Assembly: GCA_963846525.1 (NCBI GenBank)
Contig: CAWJWE010000001.1
Span: 164,192-228,191, forward strand
Origin: an uncultured Actinomycetota bacterium
GTDB taxonomy: Bacteria; Actinomycetota; Actinomycetes; JACCUZ01
Reading direction: 5' to 3'
Length of the DNA stretch: 64,000 nucleotides
This document shows positions 56,650-64,000 of the stretch, piece after piece. Under the pieces are notes generated by a model. That model saw nothing but the letters and a program-made list of their open reading frames with translations. It had not been told where the DNA came from and searched no databases. How positions within the stretch are numbered: position 1 is the stretch's first letter; every line of letters starts with the position of its first letter. The position numbers and the translations under genes are program-made.

Positions 56650-57183
56650 TCAGCTCCAGCTCGGTCGTCTCGGTCGACGCGGCTGGCCGGCCGTGCTCGT
56701 CACGTAGGTGCGGCTGGGTCGACGACCTGCAGCGGTGCGGCGCGGGCCGCTCGGGGACGTGCCTCGTAGGCGCAGCTCGACGCGCAGCGCATCGGCGACG
56801 GCGGCGGCGGCCCGGCGCACCTCGAAGAGCATCAGGCCGACCTTGGCGCCCTTGGCGGCGACGGCGACCAGGACGGCCTCGTCGTCGGCCGAGATCAGGA
56901 AGACGGTGCCGTTCTCGCCCTCGACGTAGACCTGGGACAGGGCGCCGCGGCCGAGGCCCTCGGCGGCGCGCTCGCCCAGCGAGAGCAGGGCGGCGCTCAT
57001 GGCGGCCACCCGGTCCTCGTCCATGCCGGCCGGCAGGGCGGAGGCCATCGCGAGGCCGTCGAAGGACACCACGGACGCAGCCTCGATCTCGGGCACCTGG
57101 CCCACCAGCTCGCTCAGGATCCGGTCCAGCTGGCTCGACCTGCTCGGGCCAGCCGACGACTGGTCGCCATACGCTTCGCTCAT
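56650..57183 (-). CDS. Roadblock/LC7 (MglB-like) domain protein (3' end uncertain)
   Basis: LDRILSELVGQVPEIEAASVVSFDGLAMASALPAGMDEDRVAAMSAALLSLGERAAEGLGRGALSQVYVEGENGTVFLISADDEAVLVAVAAKGAKVGLMLFEVRRAA matches the Robl_LC7 fold. Confidence 0.75.
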   Translation of the reverse strand: MSEAYGDQSSAGPSRSSQLDRILSELVGQVPEIEAASVVSFDGLAMASALPAGMDEDRVAAMSAALLSLGERAAEGLGRGALSQVYVEGENGTVFLISADDEAVLVAVAAKGAKVGLMLFEVRRAAAAVADALRVELRLRGTSPSGPRRTAAGRRPSRTYVTSTAGQPRRPRRPSWS

Positions 57184-57232
57184 CGTCCACCTCGTGCCGC
57201 TGCTGCCGGGCGACGTTCGACCCGTTCCGTCC

Positions 57233-58170
57233 CTAGACCCATCGGCGGGGTTGCCCGATGCTTGAGCGACGGCCGGACGACGGCGGTGAGCCGCTCGGAG
57301 GACCCGGAGGAGCAGCGGGTGCCTCAGCGCGCAGCGCGCGCTCCCCCGCCGCCCGCAGGACCCGGGCCAGCTCGGCACGTCGACCTCGGCGCCGGTCATC
57401 AGCGACACCTGCAGCACGGCCTGGTGGACCAGCAGGTCCAGGCCGTCGACGACCGGGCCGCCGCGCGCCACCCAGGCGGCCGCGAGCGGGGTCGGCCACG
57501 GGTCGTAGAGCACCTCGAAGAGCACGCCGACTGCGCGGCGGCACCGCCGGCGACCAGCGCGTCGGTGCCGCCGGCGGCGGTCGTCGCGACCACCAGCGGC
57601 GCGTCCAGCGCCGTCGCGCGGCGCGGCCCACGGCTCGACCTCGAGGGTGCACCCCGGCGCCGGCCGCGGCCGGCTCGAGACCGGCTCGGCGGGCCGGGTC
57701 GCGGACGTAGGCCGGCACCGAGCGGGTCACCGCCGCCAGAGCGGCGACCGCCGAGCGCGGCCGTGGCGCCCGCCGCCGAGCACGACCGCGCCGGTCGACC
57801 GTGCTGACCCCGCGGGTCGGCGCAGCGCGGCCGACCATGCCCGGGACGTCGGTGTTCTCCCCCACCCGGCGGCCGTCCCGGAGCAGCACGGTGTTGGCGG
57901 CGCCGACGGTCTCGACGACCGGCGAGGCGGCGTCCAGCAGCGGCAGCACGGCAGCCTTGAGCGGCATGGTCAGCGACAGTCCGGCCCACGACGGCGTCGA
58001 GGCCGGCCAGGAAGCCGGCCAGGCCGGCCTCGTCGACGTCGTACGCGTCGTAGGTCCAGCCGGTCAGCCCGAGCGTGGGCGTAGGCAGCGCGGTGCAGCG
58101 CCGGCGACAGCGAGTGCCCGACCGGGGAGCCGAGCACCGCGGCCCGGCGCGTCGCGGGACCCGCGGTCAC
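57233..58170 (-). CDS. aroE: Shikimate dehydrogenase (several frameshifts; 3' end uncertain)
   Basis: Fragments across frames read [21 protein letters not shown], then [43 protein letters not shown], then [17 protein letters not shown]...[13 protein letters not shown]. The GTG overlaps the mltG stop. Confidence 0.8.
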
Positions 58171-59291
58171 TGGTTGGACTTGAGCTCGTCCTTGAACCGG
58201 AGGAACTCCTGGTAGTCGCCGGTGAACTTCGTCGTGCCCTTCTCCGGGTCGGTCGTGACGAAGTACAGCCAGTCGCCCTCGGTCGGGTTGACCGCTGCGG
58301 TCATCGCGGCGCAGCCCCGGCGAGTTGATCGGTGCCGGGCGGCAGCCCGGTGTTCTTGTAGGTGTTGTACGGCGAGTCGGCGCCGAGGTCCTCGTAGGTG
58401 ACGATCTCCTTGTCGGCCTTGAGCGCGTAGTTGACCGTCGAGTCGAACTGCAGCGGCATGCCCTGCTCGAGCCGGTTGTAGACGACCCGGGCGACCTTGC
58501 CGAAGTCCTCGGCGTAGCCGGGCCTCGGCCTCGACCAGGCTGGCGATGATGACGATCTCCTCCGGGGACGCGCTGGGTGCGCTCGACCCCGGCCTTGTCC
58601 GCCGCCGCCGCGTACGCCGTCGAACAGCTGGGTCAGCACGCCGGCGGCGTCGGCGTTCGGCTGCACGTCGTAGGTCGCCGGGTAGAGGAAGCCCTCCGGG
58701 TTGCCCTCGGCGTAGTCCGGGCAGACCGAGCTCGCCGGCCGTTGCTTGAGCGCCTTCTCGTAGTCCTCGAGCGGCAGCTCGGTGCTCCTTGGCCAGCCGC
58801 TGCAGGGTCTCGTCGAGCCGCAGGCCCTCGGGCAGGGTGACCCGCGCCTGGATCCGGGCCGCGGGGTCGAGCACGGCGGCCAGGGCGTCGGCGGCCGGCA
58901 TCTTGTGCTGCAGCTGGTAGAAGCCGGGCTGCAGGTTGGACGCGTCCGGGTCGGCGTTGGCGGCCTCGATGAACGCCTGGGTGCTCTTGACGACGTCCTC
59001 GGACTTCAAGCGTCTCGGCCACGTCGGCGGCGGTCTGGCCGGACTTCGACCTCGATGACGACCTCGCCCTCGCCCGGGCCGGGGTAGTCGGGGGCGCTCG
59101 AGGACGAGAAGGTGTCCTTGAGCTTGCTGATGCCGCCCATGGCGAGCACCGCGCCGCCGCCGAGGACGGCCGACCACGAGGAGCAGGGCGACGACGACGG
59201 CGAACCCGTCCTTGCCGCGGTTGCTTCTTGCGCCGCCGGCGACGGCGCCGGGGCGCGCCTCCTCCTCCGACCACACGGACAGATCCGTCAT
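58167..59291 (-). CDS. mltG: Endolytic murein transglycosylase MltG/YceG (several frameshifts)
   Basis: The gene starts [12 protein letters not shown] followed by a TM segment. Later fragments read [64 protein letters not shown]...[14 protein letters not shown] and [21 protein letters not shown]. Confidence 0.85.
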   Translation of the reverse strand: MTDLSVWSEEEARPGAVAGGARSNRGKDGFAVVVALLLVVGRPRRRRGARHGRHQQAQGHLLVLERPRLPRPGRGRGRHRGRSPARPPPTWPRRLKSEDVVKSTQAFIEAANADPDASNLQPGFYQLQHKMPAADALAAVLDPAARIQARVTLPEGLRLDETLQRLAKEHRAAARGLREGAQATAGELGLPGLRRGQPGGLPLPGDLRRAAERRRRRRADPAVRRRTRRRRTRPGSSAPSASPEEIVIIASLVEAEARLRRGLRQGRPGRLQPARAGHAAAVRLDGQLRAQGRQGDRHLRGPRRRLAVQHLQEHRAAARHRSTRRGCAAMTAAVNPTEGDWLYFVTTDPEKGTTKFTGDYQEFLRFKDELKSNQ

Positions 59292-59301
59292 GCCTCGCCT
59301 C

Positions 59302-59810
59302 TCACGTCGTCCGGCGCACCCGCAGCCTCGCGGGCGGCAGGCTCGTCGCCCCGTGTGCGTGCGCTCGACCAGCCGGCCAGGTGCCACGCCGGACGCCCTC
59401 TCGGCGTCCAGCGCGCCTTGCAAGATGATGACAGCAGCGGCCTGGTCGATGACGCTGCGGCCCGTGCGCGTGTCTACCCCGCTCGCCTGCAGTCCACGCT
59501 GGGCACCGACCGTGGAGAACCGCTCGTCGACCAGCCGGACCGGCGACCGCGAGACGGTCGGCCAGCTGTCCAGCGTACGCGGCGGCGGCCTCGGCGGCCG
59601 GTCCGGGCCGACCGGACAGCGACGTCGGCAGACCGACGACGACCTCGACGGCGTCACGCTCGGTGACCAGCGCCGGCCAGCGCCGCCAGGTCGCCCTGGT
59701 CGCGGCGCAGCGTCTGCGACGGGGGTCGCGATCAGGCCGGCCGGGTCGCAGGCGGCCACCCCGACCCGGACCGAGCCGACGTCGACACCCAGCCGTACGC
59801 CGGCCCGCAT
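59302..59810 (-). CDS. ruvX: Holliday-junction-resolvase-like nuclease RuvX/YqgF (at least 2 frameshifts)
   Basis: Fragments read [31 protein letters not shown], then [30 protein letters not shown], then [11 protein letters not shown]...[19 protein letters not shown]. Confidence 0.8.
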
Positions 59811-59827
59811 GGTCGCGCCTCCCGACC

Positions 59828-62831
<3,004 letters not shown>

Positions 62832-63265
62832 CTACTGCGCCTTCCGCCGCTTCGCCGCGCGCGCGGCGGCCTGCTGGGCCCGGGTCTGGTCGGCCACCTT
62901 GCGCCGGGTGCGGGCACCCGGGCCGGTCGGCGAGCGCGCTCCGGACGCCGTAGGTGAAGGCGGCGACCTTGACCACCGGGCCGCCGAGGGTGGCCGCGAA
63001 CAGTGCGGTGAGCGCCGAGACGTTGGTCGTCGCCGCCTGCACGTTGGAGGTGATGGCGTCGACCCGGACCAGCTGGGCGTTGGTCGTGGTCACCGTGGTG
63101 GTGACCTCGTTGAGCAGCGGGACGGTCTCGTCGGACACGCCCTTGATCATGCTGCCGGGTCTCGTCGAGGACGCCGCCGAGCTTGACCAGCGGGATCGCC
63201 AGAGCGCCCACCAGCAGCACGAACGCCACGGCCGCGATGAGTCCCGCGACGTCTCCGACCGACAT
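62832..63265 (-). CDS. DUF948-like membrane protein (about 2 frameshifts)
   Basis: MSVGDVAGLIAAVAFVLLVGALAIPLVKLGGVLDET continues as SMIKGVSDETVPLLNEVTTTVTTTNAQLVRVDAITSNVQAATTNVSALTALFAATLGGPVVKVAAFTYGV. The tail is basic. Confidence 0.6.
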
Positions 63266-64000
63266 GCGCCGACCCTATCGCGGGCCCTGAGACCGTCGAT
63301 CCTCGATGCACTGACACGACGAGTCATGCCGGCGCGTCTGGTGCGCCGCGCAACGTGGCTCACTCGATGGCCGTGTCCACAGCGGGTCGCGCGTGGCCGG
63401 CCGCCGTCCACCGGTCGGCGTCCGGCCGGCCGGACCGCGGTGCCGGGCCGATGGTCGGCGCGTGGCGTCCTACCGAAGCGGTCCGGCCGCTCGCTCGACC
63501 CGCGACGCGCTCGAGCCGCTCGGCGTCGGCTGGCGGCGAGCTGGCCGGCCCGCTCTGGCGTCTCCCTACCGCGGCGTGCACCGGCCGAGCGACCGCCGAC
63601 GGCGAGCCCTCGCCGCTGCAACGGGCCCTCGACGTCGCCGAGCGTGCTGCCCGACGGGTGCCGCATCGGCGGCTGGGCAGCCGCGCACCTGCTCGGCGCT
63701 GAGCGAGCTCGACGGGCGGGCTCGGTCGGCGAGCGCTCGAGCCGGTGCCGGTCATGCCTGCCGCCGCCGCTGCGGATCCGGCGCCCGGCCCGGGCTGGTG
63801 CGTGGCGCTCGGAGCTCGGCGGACGACGAGCGGCGTCGACGATCGGCGGCGTCGTCTGCACGGTCAGCCGTCCGGACCGGCATTCGACCTGGCCCGGCTG
63901 CGCGACCTGCGCAGCGGCGTGGTCCGCCTGGACGTCCTGGGCCGGCAGGTCGGCCTGTCCCCGGCGGCTGTGCTGCGCTCACGCCGCGGCGCCGCCGTCG

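Overview
This is a very high-G+C actinobacterial chromosome segment; its synteny resembles Nocardioides- or Streptomyces-type genomes. Almost all genes lie on the minus strand as one long run of conserved housekeeping operons. In order they are: nhaA; hisG-hisE; an FMN-riboswitch-controlled rib operon (ribD-ribE-ribM/pnuX-ribBA-ribH); an ECF sigma/anti-sigma pair; rpe-rsmB-fmt-def; priA-metK-coaBC-rpoZ-gmk-mihF; the pyrimidine operon pyrR-pyrB-pyrC-carA-carB-pyrK-pyrD-pyrF; bldD; nusB-efp-pepP; aroQ-aroB-aroK-aroC; and aroE-mltG-ruvX-alaS. A roughly 17-kb accessory block sits between aroC and aroE. It holds a complete secretin-less type IV pilus locus: pilB, pilT, pilC, two tandem pilins, four minor-pilin-like genes, pilD, pilM, pilN, pilO and one extra gene. 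Just upstream of pilB is a roadblock/LC7 + DUF4388(PATAN) + small-GTPase module. The major pilin gene has a structured leader with a GEMM-I-like motif. Many conserved genes are broken by apparent 1-nt indels, and two carry in-frame TAG codons. These breaks occur in multi-kb patches, so I read them as sequence errors and call the genes across the frame breaks. No CRISPR array, IS element, integrase or rRNA was seen.
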